IMG/VR virus record: IMGVR_UViG_3300014202_000046
Span: 1-37,881 of that record
From: a virus
Taxonomy: Duplodnaviria; Caudoviricetes
DNA length: 37,881 nucleotides
Reading direction: 5' to 3' (one strand)
In this document: positions 1-9,360 of the stretch, piece by piece
Layout of the letters: each line of letters begins with the position of its first letter
How positions within the stretch are numbered: the stretch's first letter is position 1
Program-made: the position numbers and the translations under genes
Notes under the pieces: model-generated
Told to the model about the DNA's origin: nothing
What the model saw: only the letters and a program-made list of their open reading frames with translations
Database searches by the model: none

Positions 1-22
1 TATTGGGGTTGGGTGAAGTAAC

Positions 23-103
23 TTGTTCTTCTGGATAGGACTAGGAATCTTCTGGTTCCTAGTCTTCTTCATTCTCTATCTACTAACGAGGCCCGTTGAA
101 TAA
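23..103 (+). CDS. possible 26-aa hydrophobic membrane peptide
   Basis: Read by eye: TTG...TAA, (M)FFWIGLGIFWFLVFFILYLLTRPVE. Its stop overlaps the next ATG (TAATG). Weak start. Confidence 0.3.
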   Translation: MFFWIGLGIFWFLVFFILYLLTRPVE

Positions 104-294
104 TGGCTAGACAATCATACGAGACACGCCTTATGCGTGAGTTCGTTCAAGTGACAACTCATGGTGGTGAGCCCCACCCCGAACTAGTATCCGAGATGAA
201 ACGTCTCGGTCTTAATAACAAACGAGGTATGGAAGAGTGCATACGAATCCTTCACGAGACGAAGCTTGGGATCTATCGGAACTTGGCAGCCTAA
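103..294 (+). CDS. hypothetical protein (63 aa)
   Basis: ORF track; GAGG upstream; TAATG coupling at both ends. Confidence 0.6.
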   Translation: MARQSYETRLMREFVQVTTHGGEPHPELVSEMKRLGLNNKRGMEECIRILHETKLGIYRNLAA

Positions 295-395
295 TGGGCA
301 CCTCAGACGTGATTCCGATGTGGGAGCGGGAGTGGTCAGATAACTGGCCCACTCCTCTTGAAGATGACCAATACGAGGATGACTCGGATGAGTAA
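294..395 (+). CDS. small acidic peptide (33 aa)
   Basis: Read by eye: MGTSDVIPMWEREWSDNWPTPLEDDQYEDDSDE. ATG overlaps the preceding stop and the ORF fills the gap exactly. Confidence 0.45.
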   Translation: MGTSDVIPMWEREWSDNWPTPLEDDQYEDDSDE

Positions 396-975
396 CTTAG
401 ATAAGCTGTCCGAAGAGGCTGTCTCTGTATATCACGCACTCGATGCCTACAAGGTAGGCTGTGAGTTACGGGAGACTATCACCAACAAGCTCAACGGGGA
501 GTATAACAAGTTACAAGAATACATAGGACACCTCCGTCACCGGAGAATAGAGACTCGCCCCGAGATTGAAGGTGTTTTGACGGAGATCGAAACCTATTGG
601 TTAGAAGATCGATACGAAAAGGCCGAGCCTTTCGTCACCGCTGATGGTAAATGGAAGTATCGTACTCTCCTACCCAAGGGATACAGTAGTGCTAAGAGCG
701 TGCTCTTGAGTGCTGTAGAACTCAATGTGTTTGGCGTAGGAGTGGGTAAGAGCGAACTTGAAAAACGTATCCGTGAGGCTAAGCGTGCTTCGAGCACGAG
801 TGCTATCTATAGTAGTGCTGAGATAATGAACTATCTAGACGCTGTAGAACGAAGTCTTCTGATCATGTTTGGACCATCTCCTGATCCCTTTGTAGTAGGA
901 CAAGTTGTTGGGAGGCTAACTAAACTGAGGGATAATATGATGTTGTTGGTCCCCTCAACAGCGGTAAGTCCATAA
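388..975 (+). CDS. hypothetical protein (~195 aa)
   Basis: Track ORF 358..975. Start moved to ATG 388 (GAGG at 375-378). Stop overlaps the next ATG. Confidence 0.7.
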   Translation: MSNLDKLSEEAVSVYHALDAYKVGCELRETITNKLNGEYNKLQEYIGHLRHRRIETRPEIEGVLTEIETYWLEDRYEKAEPFVTADGKWKYRTLLPKGYSSAKSVLLSAVELNVFGVGVGKSELEKRIREAKRASSTSAIYSSAEIMNYLDAVERSLLIMFGPSPDPFVVGQVVGRLTKLRDNMMLLVPSTAVSP

Positions 976-2846
976 TGGGAATGGACGTATTTGTTGACGC
1001 ATATGCAGCAGTAGCTGCGGCTCGTCAATTCGCAAGTCACTATCAATTGGGTGTAACGTTCGACGTAGTACCCGGACAAGCTCCGTATGCTGATGGTAAA
1101 AACATACACCTTGAACCTCCCAAACCTAACTGGGACAAGGCCAAGCTCAATGAGTGGTGGGCCAAGTTCATTCATGAGACTAAGCATATGACCCCTCGGG
1201 GTCGTAAGGCTTTCAAGTTATCGGATGACTTGAAGCTAGATATGAATAGTCTACATGGCATGATGATTAACCTCTTTGAAGATGCTTGTATCAACAATCT
1301 TGATTCGGGTAAGTTCTTAGGGATGGATGAGACACTCAGTGGATACTTGAGTATAGCCTTTGATAGACTGTTCAACAGCCCATCGTCTAAAGTTAATATG
1401 TGGCATAAGCAGAAGCTGTCCCAAGAAGAGGAAGTCTTGGGCACCTCTATCCTACTCTCGGCTAAGGGTATGGAGAGTTATATGCCTGACATGATAGGTA
1501 AAGTGGAGCCTATCGTTGATCATCCCAAGTTTAATCCTCGATTGAAGGAGTTGTACACCAAAGCAGTTGCCAACCACCTCGATGGTCTTAAGAACGAAAT
1601 CGAGAATGTAGATGACTCCGACACCCGTAATGTATGGGATTGGATGAACAACTACATGAAAGATTTGTGGGACATTCCCCCACCTCCACCCCCTCCACCA
1701 GAGGGTGAGGGAGAGGGTAAGGGTGACAAAGGTGATGGTGAAGGTGAAGATGGAGAGGGCGAAGGTACATCCAAGGGGAGTGGGAATAAGGAAGGTGACG
1801 GAGAGATTGATGAGTCTACCGGAGAGGCTATCAAGGGGTTCCTCAAGGAATTCTTGGATGACCACCAACCTGACCTTAACAAGCGTCGAAGTCACAGGGA
1901 CATGTACTACGAGCCTATCGACCTATCCAAGGGTAGTGGTGCTTATGATCCGCCGAAGGCAGAGGACTTCATTGTAGTTGACTTCAGAGGGAAGCAATTC
2001 TGTGATGGTACGATGCTTGGATCTCGGGGTAGAGCATCTGGTTACAGTATCAATTGGAATGATTTGGAGAAAGGTACTGCCCACTTCAGGAAATACTACG
2101 ATGAAGTAGTGACTAAGGACTCCTTGAGTAAGGATATCAAACGTCACATACAGAGTGAGTCTCGTGTTAAGATCCACCGCAACATTAAGAAGGGCAAGCT
2201 TGATGCTAAGAAGTTGTTCAAGTTAGGTGTGCCCGATGCTGGCACGGACTGGCAAGAGAAAGTCTTCTGGGAGAAAGTCCAGAAGGATATGACCAAGGAT
2301 ACTGTGATCTCCGTGGGAGGAGACTTCAGTGGTAGCATGGGTAGACAGAAGATCATAGTTCAGATCAAGGCTATGGAACTTCTGGATGAAGTGCTTACCA
2401 CCCTCGGTGTTAACCATGAGTTATGGGGATTCACTTGCTGGTCTCGGTGTCCAACTCACTTCCTGTTTAAGCAGTTCGGTGAGAGGGTTCGTAGACCTGA
2501 TTTAGTGAATCGGATGATAGCTGCCGCTGGTCATATGGAGAACAATAACGACGGAGATAACGTACTGTTTGCCTACAACAGACTCTTGGCAACGAGGGCC
2601 AAGCGTCGTATAATGGTAATCATGAGTGATGGTGCTCCTTGCGGTCCCGGTGGTGATATTCGCTGGTGGACTAAGGAAGTGGCTCGAAGAATACAAGATC
2701 AGAAACTTGTAGAATTACACGCTATCGGCATCATGTCTGATGCCCCCAAGATTTTTTATGACAGTAACGAGGTGATCCATCGAGTAGATCAATTGGAACC
2801 AGCTCTCTTGAACGTTCTTAAGAACAAGCTGATACAGGTGAGGTGA
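975..2846 (+). CDS. CobT-like VWA-domain protein with N-terminal HExxH metallopeptidase-like domain
   Basis: HETKH and NLFED motifs, a poly-Pro plus G/E-rich linker, then MIDAS DFSGS and MSDGAP. Adjacent to an AAA+ ATPase. Confidence 0.85.
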   Translation: MGMDVFVDAYAAVAAARQFASHYQLGVTFDVVPGQAPYADGKNIHLEPPKPNWDKAKLNEWWAKFIHETKHMTPRGRKAFKLSDDLKLDMNSLHGMMINLFEDACINNLDSGKFLGMDETLSGYLSIAFDRLFNSPSSKVNMWHKQKLSQEEEVLGTSILLSAKGMESYMPDMIGKVEPIVDHPKFNPRLKELYTKAVANHLDGLKNEIENVDDSDTRNVWDWMNNYMKDLWDIPPPPPPPPEGEGEGKGDKGDGEGEDGEGEGTSKGSGNKEGDGEIDESTGEAIKGFLKEFLDDHQPDLNKRRSHRDMYYEPIDLSKGSGAYDPPKAEDFIVVDFRGKQFCDGTMLGSRGRASGYSINWNDLEKGTAHFRKYYDEVVTKDSLSKDIKRHIQSESRVKIHRNIKKGKLDAKKLFKLGVPDAGTDWQEKVFWEKVQKDMTKDTVISVGGDFSGSMGRQKIIVQIKAMELLDEVLTTLGVNHELWGFTCWSRCPTHFLFKQFGERVRRPDLVNRMIAAAGHMENNNDGDNVLFAYNRLLATRAKRRIMVIMSDGAPCGPGGDIRWWTKEVARRIQDQKLVELHAIGIMSDAPKIFYDSNEVIHRVDQLEPALLNVLKNKLIQVR

Positions 2847-4273
2847 TGATTGGTTACTCAAAAGCAGCAGAGCTAACAGCTAAGAATCCCAAACGATGGG
2901 TGAAGCCGGGTGGTTCCGCAGGCGGGAACCAATTCGTATCATGGTGGTACGAGGACATAGAGAATTATCAAGTTACTCTGTGCGACATGTATAGATTTAT
3001 GTCAATTGAAGTGTTGGCTCTTAAAGAGGCGGACACTATAGCTCTCATTTCACCGTACAGTTTCTACCGTTTATACACTGTCCTTCAAGAGAATAATCTC
3101 TGGGACGAACTCAAAGATAAATATTTGGAGTTTTTACAAATGACCATATCTAAAGCAACCCCAGCCGCCGCCGAAGAATTGATGGCGATTTACAATGATT
3201 ACACTGGTAAAGTTGGAACGCCTGTTACGGGTGTCAAGGCTGCGCCTTCTCTGTGGGATGACAGTATGGCTGTAACGTTCCCCGCTCACCCGAGCAACTC
3301 TACTGGTGAGATCCATGTATCGAAGTTGTTGAAGGTAAAAGCTAGTAAGCTTCCTGGCCCTGACTTCACCATGCCCATCTTCGAGGCCAGCTCGTGGCCG
3401 GTGGAGGTTCTCCAACACATCCCCCGTTTGGATGAATCAGACATCGAGCACTACGTGTACCCGGTAGATGCCGCTTACTGGTTCTGCTACGGTATCCGTA
3501 TGAACAAACCGGTGTTCCTGTCTGGTGTTAAGGGTTGTGGTAAGTCCACTCTTCCCAAGAAGGTGGCCGCTGATTTGAACTGGCCCTTCCTGCGTAAGCA
3601 GATGGCGAAGGACATGGACTCTTCGGAGTTCTTCGGTTCTTGGACTTCCAAGGATGGTTCCACTCACTTTATTCCGGGTGACTTGCCTCAAGCTGCGGCG
3701 GCTGGTATGATGTTCCTCATCGATGAGATCTCTAATGCACCTAACGAATTGCACCCGGCCCTTCACCAGTGTCTGGAAAAGAATGGTAAGATTTACCTTA
3801 ATAGTAAAGCTGGTGATATCCATGAGAAGATCGTTATCCCTCACGAGTGTTTCCGAGCGATTGCGTCTGACAATACTCGCGGTCAGGGCGATACTCGTGG
3901 TGCGTATGCGGGTACCGATGTCATGAACTCTGCCACGATGGATCGCTTCCGCGTCATGATCGTGATGGATTACATGGAGCGTAAGCAGGAGCTTATGGTT
4001 CTTAAGAACACGGTTCCCGGTGCTACGGACCTCTTGTGTGAGAAGGTATTGGACGTTGCTGCTAAGGTACGTGCATCCTATCAGGCAGGTGATCTGTCCG
4101 AGACTCTCTCGATGCGCCCTCTCATTGAGTGGATTGAGAAGTGTGTCTTCACCCGTGATGTAATGAAGTCCCTCGAAGTTACTATGCTCAACAAGATTGA
4201 TTCTGACTCCGAACGTAGTCAGGTAATCAGCTTTGTTCAGGCTGTCTTTGGCTCTCTCTTGAAGGCGAAGTAA
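2843..4273 (+). CDS. CobS-like MoxR-family AAA+ ATPase
   Basis: Walker A GVKGCGKST, Walker B FLIDEI, DNTRGQGD...MNSATMDRF, SMRPL sensor 2. Confidence 0.88.
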   Translation: MMIGYSKAAELTAKNPKRWVKPGGSAGGNQFVSWWYEDIENYQVTLCDMYRFMSIEVLALKEADTIALISPYSFYRLYTVLQENNLWDELKDKYLEFLQMTISKATPAAAEELMAIYNDYTGKVGTPVTGVKAAPSLWDDSMAVTFPAHPSNSTGEIHVSKLLKVKASKLPGPDFTMPIFEASSWPVEVLQHIPRLDESDIEHYVYPVDAAYWFCYGIRMNKPVFLSGVKGCGKSTLPKKVAADLNWPFLRKQMAKDMDSSEFFGSWTSKDGSTHFIPGDLPQAAAAGMMFLIDEISNAPNELHPALHQCLEKNGKIYLNSKAGDIHEKIVIPHECFRAIASDNTRGQGDTRGAYAGTDVMNSATMDRFRVMIVMDYMERKQELMVLKNTVPGATDLLCEKVLDVAAKVRASYQAGDLSETLSMRPLIEWIEKCVFTRDVMKSLEVTMLNKIDSDSERSQVISFVQAVFGSLLKAK

Positions 4274-4274
4274 G

Positions 4275-4514
4275 ATGAAGAACGTAACTGAAACCACGTT
4301 TCTTGTACTTCATACCAATGATCTCCCGGAGGATATCCGGGATGATCTGTTGGATTATTGTCCGGGCAACGATACTTATGTCACGTACTGGATAGAACGG
4401 CCAGAGAAGTTCCGCGAGGAACTCAATGATGTAGATGACCGGCTTTGGAATTACATTGATGGTGATTCACAAGACGACGATCAATTGACACTATTGCTTA
4501 AGTGGGGTTGGTAA
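4275..4514 (+). CDS. hypothetical acidic protein (79 aa)
   Basis: ORF track; starts 1 nt after the upstream stop. Confidence 0.65.
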   Translation: MKNVTETTFLVLHTNDLPEDIRDDLLDYCPGNDTYVTYWIERPEKFREELNDVDDRLWNYIDGDSQDDDQLTLLLKWGW

Positions 4515-4527
4515 GGTGGGTGGTGAA

Positions 4528-4674
4528 ATGATAGCAGGGATGGTGTTGGGGTTCATAGCTGGTCTCGTTATAGGGGCCAGCATTATGTACTACTCCCACT
4601 GTAAGTGGGAAGCAGCTTACCAAGAAGTAGTGCGGCGTAGTCTCAACGCATACAAGGTGTATCAAGATGAATAA
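4528..4674 (+). CDS. small membrane protein (48 aa)
   Basis: Read by eye: MIAGMVLGFIAGLVIGASIMYYSHCKWEAAYQEVVRRSLNAYKVYQDE. N-terminal TM helix; fills the gap. Confidence 0.6.
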   Translation: MIAGMVLGFIAGLVIGASIMYYSHCKWEAAYQEVVRRSLNAYKVYQDE

Positions 4675-4852
4675 GTGGTGGGGATACAAGCACATTGATG
4701 GTAGCATTCAAGTTAAAAGATATTTTGACGAAAGGGATGTACAAGACGCTATGGAAAGTGACTTCGTAGTTAGCATTGTGCATCCATTTGATGCCATAGA
4801 TCGCTCTGAAGCACATAGAATCGCAACTTTAAAGGAAACTAGAAATGGATAA
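4667..4852 (+). CDS. hypothetical protein (61 aa)
   Basis: ORF track; AAGG upstream; overlaps both neighbours by a few bases. Confidence 0.65.
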   Translation: MNKWWGYKHIDGSIQVKRYFDERDVQDAMESDFVVSIVHPFDAIDRSEAHRIATLKETRNG

Positions 4853-5036
4853 GGTACTAATAAAATCTGACGAGTTTGGTGATATAACCTTTGTACAAAA
4901 GGTTCTTAAACTTATGGCCGAGAACTTGCGGGGGGACATAGAAGTTGGAATGGTGCTGGATGATGGACAAAGAGTGGATATGACTATCCTTCTCCGTGGC
5001 ATCACTGGGCCGGATGGTACCTATCATGAGGTGTAA
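4845..5036 (+). CDS. hypothetical protein (63 aa)
   Basis: ORF track; AAGGA SD. Confidence 0.6.
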   Translation: MDKVLIKSDEFGDITFVQKVLKLMAENLRGDIEVGMVLDDGQRVDMTILLRGITGPDGTYHEV

Positions 5037-5214
5037 AGCTTGCAATCATCCAATGTCCCCGAACGAAATAATCTGGAACCCTGAAAGGAAGACTCATGAA
5101 GAACTCTGTAAAAGATGTAGAACAGACGGTGAAAGCGGAGTCTTCTACTCGTCGGACTTCTACTCGGAAGAAGGTCAAGGTGAAGAAGACCCCTTCTTTG
5201 AGGAAAGCAATTAA
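5026..5214 (+). CDS. small CxxC...CxxC zinc-finger protein with acidic tail
   Basis: MRCKAC...LCKRC; start moved to ATG 5026. Confidence 0.65.
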   Translation: MRCKACNHPMSPNEIIWNPERKTHEELCKRCRTDGESGVFYSSDFYSEEGQGEEDPFFEESN

Positions 5215-5377
5215 CGATTACTGTACGTGGTGTATCTTCGATCCCAAAGATAGTGGCTCTCGTCTTATTCAGATACACAACTGTAAGAATGATGAGTGCC
5301 CACTGTATCTTGTACGCCCTAAGTCCACTTCAACAAAGGTAGAAGCACATGAAAGGGATGTATTGGATACTGAATGA
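5180..5377 (+). CDS. small Cys-rich putative Zn-binding protein
   Basis: AINDYCTWC...NCKNDECPLYLVRP. Start uncertain (GTG 5180 chosen; track ORF begins at 5096). Confidence 0.6.
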   Translation: MKKTPSLRKAINDYCTWCIFDPKDSGSRLIQIHNCKNDECPLYLVRPKSTSTKVEAHERDVLDTE

Positions 5378-5735
5378 GGATCACACAGTCCGTCCTACTG
5401 ACGATGTGATGGAGTGGGCAAAATCCCTAGAGAATGGAAGCAGATACGTAGCCCGTGATACAATAGGGGGACTCATTCTATCCACTGTGTTCTTAGGATT
5501 AGATTATAGCTTTGATGAGGGGGCTACACCCCTCCTCTTTGAAACCACGCTCTTTGATGGAGAGATGAAAGAGCTTGAATGTCTCGGTTCTGAGACATAT
5601 GATCAAGCTATGTATGCTCATGTTCAGATCATGGTTAAGTTAATTGATCGCTTTCATCCCAATTGGCTTCACGAAAGAGGGTATTTTCCATATTCATTAC
5701 TAGTGGAAGAAGATAATGACATGGCTAAGACATGA
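5349..5735 (+). CDS. hypothetical phage protein (128 aa)
   Basis: ORF track; STVFLGLD...PLLFET is a motif I recognise from phage hypothetical proteins. Confidence 0.7.
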   Translation: MKGMYWILNEDHTVRPTDDVMEWAKSLENGSRYVARDTIGGLILSTVFLGLDYSFDEGATPLLFETTLFDGEMKELECLGSETYDQAMYAHVQIMVKLIDRFHPNWLHERGYFPYSLLVEEDNDMAKT

Positions 5736-6585
5736 AGAGTTTGTAGAACAAGCTCCAACTAAACCCGGTACCGTACACGTCCACCATTGTAAATCTGGGC
5801 ACGGTAACGATAGACTTTACATAACGAGGAAAGATAATGATACCATATTGGCTCACTGTTTTCATTGTGGTGCTCGCGGTTACTACTCTATGGCTGGTAG
5901 TGGAGAGATATCGAGAGCGACACGCGCTCAAACTTATGCAAACTTGGATTCTCACGGTACTTATTCCACAAGTCCAAGTGTTGACAGTAGAAACAAAGAC
6001 ATTGACGGAAGCTTTAGGAAAGCACAACTCGATGATGGGAGGCGAAGCCTCATCAACTGGCCTGCCAAAGCAAAACGTTGGTGGCTTGAATGCGGTCTCA
6101 CAGTTCCTGAGCAAGAATACCACGGAGTAACTTACAATGACCAAGATAACACGATTGATATGCCTTTGTGGTATGATGGCGTCGTATCTGGTATGTGCTG
6201 TAGAACCCTCAATGGTGGGGAGCATACTCCCAAGTACGTACTGGTTGGTGACAGGACTTCCCATGTTGTCACACACCCTGGCGTATCCTATGACATACTT
6301 CCACTTGTAATAGTGGAGGATATGAGGTCAGCTTATAAGTTAGCTAGACTGACCCGCGCATATCCAGTGTTGGGAACAGAACTCCAAGCCTCTCAAGTCA
6401 TTAAGATCCTAGAAGCTAAGGCAGCTAACGCTCTGATATTTCTGGATAATGATAATGAGCAGGTCCGTAGAAAAGCCCAAGCAATCAAGAAACGCTTGGA
6501 CATATACATGCCCTGTGGTATAATTACTGTAGAGCAAGACCCTAAAAACTTAAGTACAGATGAACTCAGGAAGATAATCTCATGA
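5716..6585 (+). CDS. DNA primase (Zn-binding domain + TOPRIM)
   Basis: HHC...HCFHC Zn ligands, TOPRIM VIVED and IFLDND, C-terminal DPK; upstream of the helicase. Confidence 0.85.
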   Translation: MTWLRHEEFVEQAPTKPGTVHVHHCKSGHGNDRLYITRKDNDTILAHCFHCGARGYYSMAGSGEISRATRAQTYANLDSHGTYSTSPSVDSRNKDIDGSFRKAQLDDGRRSLINWPAKAKRWWLECGLTVPEQEYHGVTYNDQDNTIDMPLWYDGVVSGMCCRTLNGGEHTPKYVLVGDRTSHVVTHPGVSYDILPLVIVEDMRSAYKLARLTRAYPVLGTELQASQVIKILEAKAANALIFLDNDNEQVRRKAQAIKKRLDIYMPCGIITVEQDPKNLSTDELRKIIS

Positions 6586-6845
6586 AAAAGAACCCCCTCG
6601 TAGACGTGACCAACATTACCGCCGAAGAGTATGAAGACAATAAGGTCTTGTCTCTCGATGACTTCGATGATGTGCCTTGTGGCAGACTCTTTGAGAGTTT
6701 AATTGAAAGTATTACTAATCCTGATAAGGGGGCAGGCCGTCCTGCCCTACTCAAGGTTCGTAACAACAATGTGATTATTAGTCTGCTCATAGGTATTGTG
6801 GACGTTAAGATCACCGGTGCCCCGGAAGGAGAGGTGCTTAACTAA
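6582..6845 (+). CDS. hypothetical protein (87 aa)
   Basis: ATGA and TAATG overlaps with primase and helicase. Confidence 0.65.
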   Translation: MKKNPLVDVTNITAEEYEDNKVLSLDDFDDVPCGRLFESLIESITNPDKGAGRPALLKVRNNNVIISLLIGIVDVKITGAPEGEVLN

Positions 6846-8098
6846 TGGAGTTAGACATTCTAAGACTCCTAGCTACTAGAGCATCTTGGAATTCTTACCA
6901 CAAGTTCATTACGTCTGATCGCCTGTCCCCTGAGATACGAGATGTGTTCAAGGGGATGGGCCAGTACTATACTGAGACTGGTAAGGATGAGATTCTGTGG
7001 CCGGAGTTCCTAACGTGGTATACGGTAGTAGCCCACCCCTCATTGCCAAGTGATAAGTTTACTTTGGTTGAATTCATTTGTAACAAGTTAGCATCCACTA
7101 CGGATCCTATTAACCTGTCTGTTCTTAAGAACTTTCTCATCCGTGACTACGCTGCCAAGATAGCGGACACTGCTACCAGCGTGGCTATTGATGGTAAGTT
7201 AGATCTGATGAAGGAGGTGTTGAAGCAGGTCAGTGAGTTCACTAACTCCGTCAACGCTATCAGTGGTAGTAAGTACTACATATCCCGAGATGATTGGGAT
7301 GAACAACTTGCAACCCTAAGTGTTGGTGAGAAGTATGACTGGGCTCTCAATGAACTTCAAGTATCTATTGGCCCCATACGTAAGGGTGATTTCATCATAG
7401 TAGGTGCTAGACCCGATGGTGGTAAGACTACGTTCCTTGCGTATAACGCAGCATATTTTGCCAAGCAACTCAAGGAAGGTGAATGTCTCCTATGGTTGAA
7501 TAACGAAGAAGCCTTGCCCAAAGTTAAGTCTCGCCAAGCCCAAGCTGCTCTCAAGTGGACAGTGGGTGAGGTGATGAAGGATGGCACCGTCACAAAGGCT
7601 GCTATGGTCAAGGCCCTCGGAGGTGAGAGTAAGATCGTCACAGTAGATAAGACTGATATGTCTATCCAAGACATCGATGAGATCGTGGCGATGACTAATC
7701 CCAAGATCATCATCATCGATCAGATCTGGAAGGTGTCGGGCTTTGAGGATTCCAAGGGTACCGAGATCATGAGGTATGGACAGTTAGCCAAGTACATTCG
7801 TGGTATGGCTAAGGACATTGGCCCCATCATCGGGACGTCTCAGCTAGACGGTTCTGCTGAGGGTATGAAGTATCCTGATATGGGAACTCTATATGGTTCC
7901 AAGACTGCTGTGCAAGGTGAGGCTGATTGTATCATCATCATTGGTAGAGATCCTTCCGAACCACCAGATACTCGGTTCATCCATACACCTAAGAACAAGA
8001 TGGTGTTCGGTGATCCAACTAAACGTAACCAGACGTGGGCAGTAGGAATTGATCCTACCTATGCTCAGTTCGTGAGTAAAATACCGAGGCCAAAATGA
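6845..8098 (+). CDS. DnaB-like SF4 replicative helicase
   Basis: Walker A GARPDGGKTT, NNEE, IIIDQ, SQL, GSKTAVQGEAD, PKNK. Confidence 0.9.
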   Translation: MELDILRLLATRASWNSYHKFITSDRLSPEIRDVFKGMGQYYTETGKDEILWPEFLTWYTVVAHPSLPSDKFTLVEFICNKLASTTDPINLSVLKNFLIRDYAAKIADTATSVAIDGKLDLMKEVLKQVSEFTNSVNAISGSKYYISRDDWDEQLATLSVGEKYDWALNELQVSIGPIRKGDFIIVGARPDGGKTTFLAYNAAYFAKQLKEGECLLWLNNEEALPKVKSRQAQAALKWTVGEVMKDGTVTKAAMVKALGGESKIVTVDKTDMSIQDIDEIVAMTNPKIIIIDQIWKVSGFEDSKGTEIMRYGQLAKYIRGMAKDIGPIIGTSQLDGSAEGMKYPDMGTLYGSKTAVQGEADCIIIIGRDPSEPPDTRFIHTPKNKMVFGDPTKRNQTWAVGIDPTYAQFVSKIPRPK

Positions 8099-9360
8099 CC
8101 CTTTCACTTAAAGAGATTCTTAGTCAAGCGGCCGCCATCGACATTGAGACTACCATCAATGCTACTAATCCAAACCACTTTGGAGCGACTCCATTTGATC
8201 CCGCTAATTCAATCGTGATGGTGGGATGGAATTACTTAGACAACTTAAAATCAACGAACGTTCAGATTATCAATGGTGGGTCTGGGCGATTTGTAGCAAG
8301 TAGATTGAGTGCAATAAGAACTAACTTTGAAAGTCACGCTAGATTATTAGTTGGTCATAATATTCCATTTGATCTACATCATCTATTAGCATCTGCTACT
8401 AGTGAGGAATTCCATGAGATCATAGCTGATATGTACATATGGGATACAATGATAGCAGAATATTATCTAACTAGACAGGAGTGTAAATCCATTTCACTAG
8501 AAGATCTGGCAGCTAGGTATAGCATCCCATTCACCAAAGATGTGACGGTATCAGAGTCCTTCAAGCTTGGTATTGGTGCCGACAAGATAGATCCAAAAGT
8601 TCTTGAGACTTATCTAAAAGGAGATGTACAGACCACCACTAAAGTATTCTTAGCTCAACAGCAACGGGCACTAGAGATCGGTGGTCCCGAATACGTAGAG
8701 TATCTCATTGCTCTCATGGGAGCTAGGCTTACTACGATGTTGATGGAACGTAATGGGTGTCATATTAATGATGTGACTTTCACTATTGATAAAACTAATA
8801 TTGAACACCAAGTCAAGGCTGCTGGATTGGCATTAGAATCCATCTTGGAGGATGAGTTTGGACCACACTTTGATGGAGTGATTGCAATCAATTCTCCTAA
8901 GCAAGTTCACACATACTTGTTCGGCGGAGACATAAAACTTGTAGAACAGGTGGATGTAGGGGAAGTATATAAAGGAGGGGCTAAGAAAGGTCAGCCTAAA
9001 CTTAAGACAGTGCGTACCACAAGAACTTTAACATCGTTAATCTCACCTAACTTTGAGGGCAAGAAATTTGCAGCTATGAACTCTGTGGATAGTAAGGTAT
9101 TAAATGACATACTACTCCAATGTAAGATGGCTAGTCATACTAAGGCGTTCATAGAACGGTTGTTGCTCTTAAGAACACTGACCAAGGATCTCAGTACTTA
9201 TGAGACCTACGGTAAGCAGTTTTACCCATCTCCTTTGCCCCATTTAGTGATGCTACATCCCAACTTCAATCATGCGCTGACTAACACTAAGAGACCTTCG
9301 TGTAGTCAACCCAACTTACAAAACGTATCCAACAAAGACATGGACATTGATGTGTCATGA
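8095..9360 (+). CDS. family A DNA polymerase, N-terminal part (3'-5' exonuclease + thumb/palm start)
   Basis: Exo I DIETT, Exo II HNIPFD, Exo III YLKGD, INSPKQV; ends just after TNTKRPSCSQPNLQN. Confidence 0.88.
   Translation: MTLSLKEILSQAAAIDIETTINATNPNHFGATPFDPANSIVMVGWNYLDNLKSTNVQIINGGSGRFVASRLSAIRTNFESHARLLVGHNIPFDLHHLLASATSEEFHEIIADMYIWDTMIAEYYLTRQECKSISLEDLAARYSIPFTKDVTVSESFKLGIGADKIDPKVLETYLKGDVQTTTKVFLAQQQRALEIGGPEYVEYLIALMGARLTTMLMERNGCHINDVTFTIDKTNIEHQVKAAGLALESILEDEFGPHFDGVIAINSPKQVHTYLFGGDIKLVEQVDVGEVYKGGAKKGQPKLKTVRTTRTLTSLISPNFEGKKFAAMNSVDSKVLNDILLQCKMASHTKAFIERLLLLRTLTKDLSTYETYGKQFYPSPLPHLVMLHPNFNHALTNTKRPSCSQPNLQNVSNKDMDIDVS

Noticed and set aside
1676-1810. CCA/CCT and GGTGA-type short repeats
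   Set aside because: Explained by the poly-Pro and Gly/Glu linker codons; not a CRISPR array or DNA-level repeat.
975-4273. Calling cobT/cobS true cobalamin biosynthesis genes
   Set aside because: No cobN or other cob genes; the motifs only establish MoxR AAA+ and VWA families, so gene symbols were withheld.
3437-4297. 286-aa minus-strand ORF
   Set aside because: Antisense shadow of the strongly codon-biased AAA+ gene; no motifs and against the arm direction.
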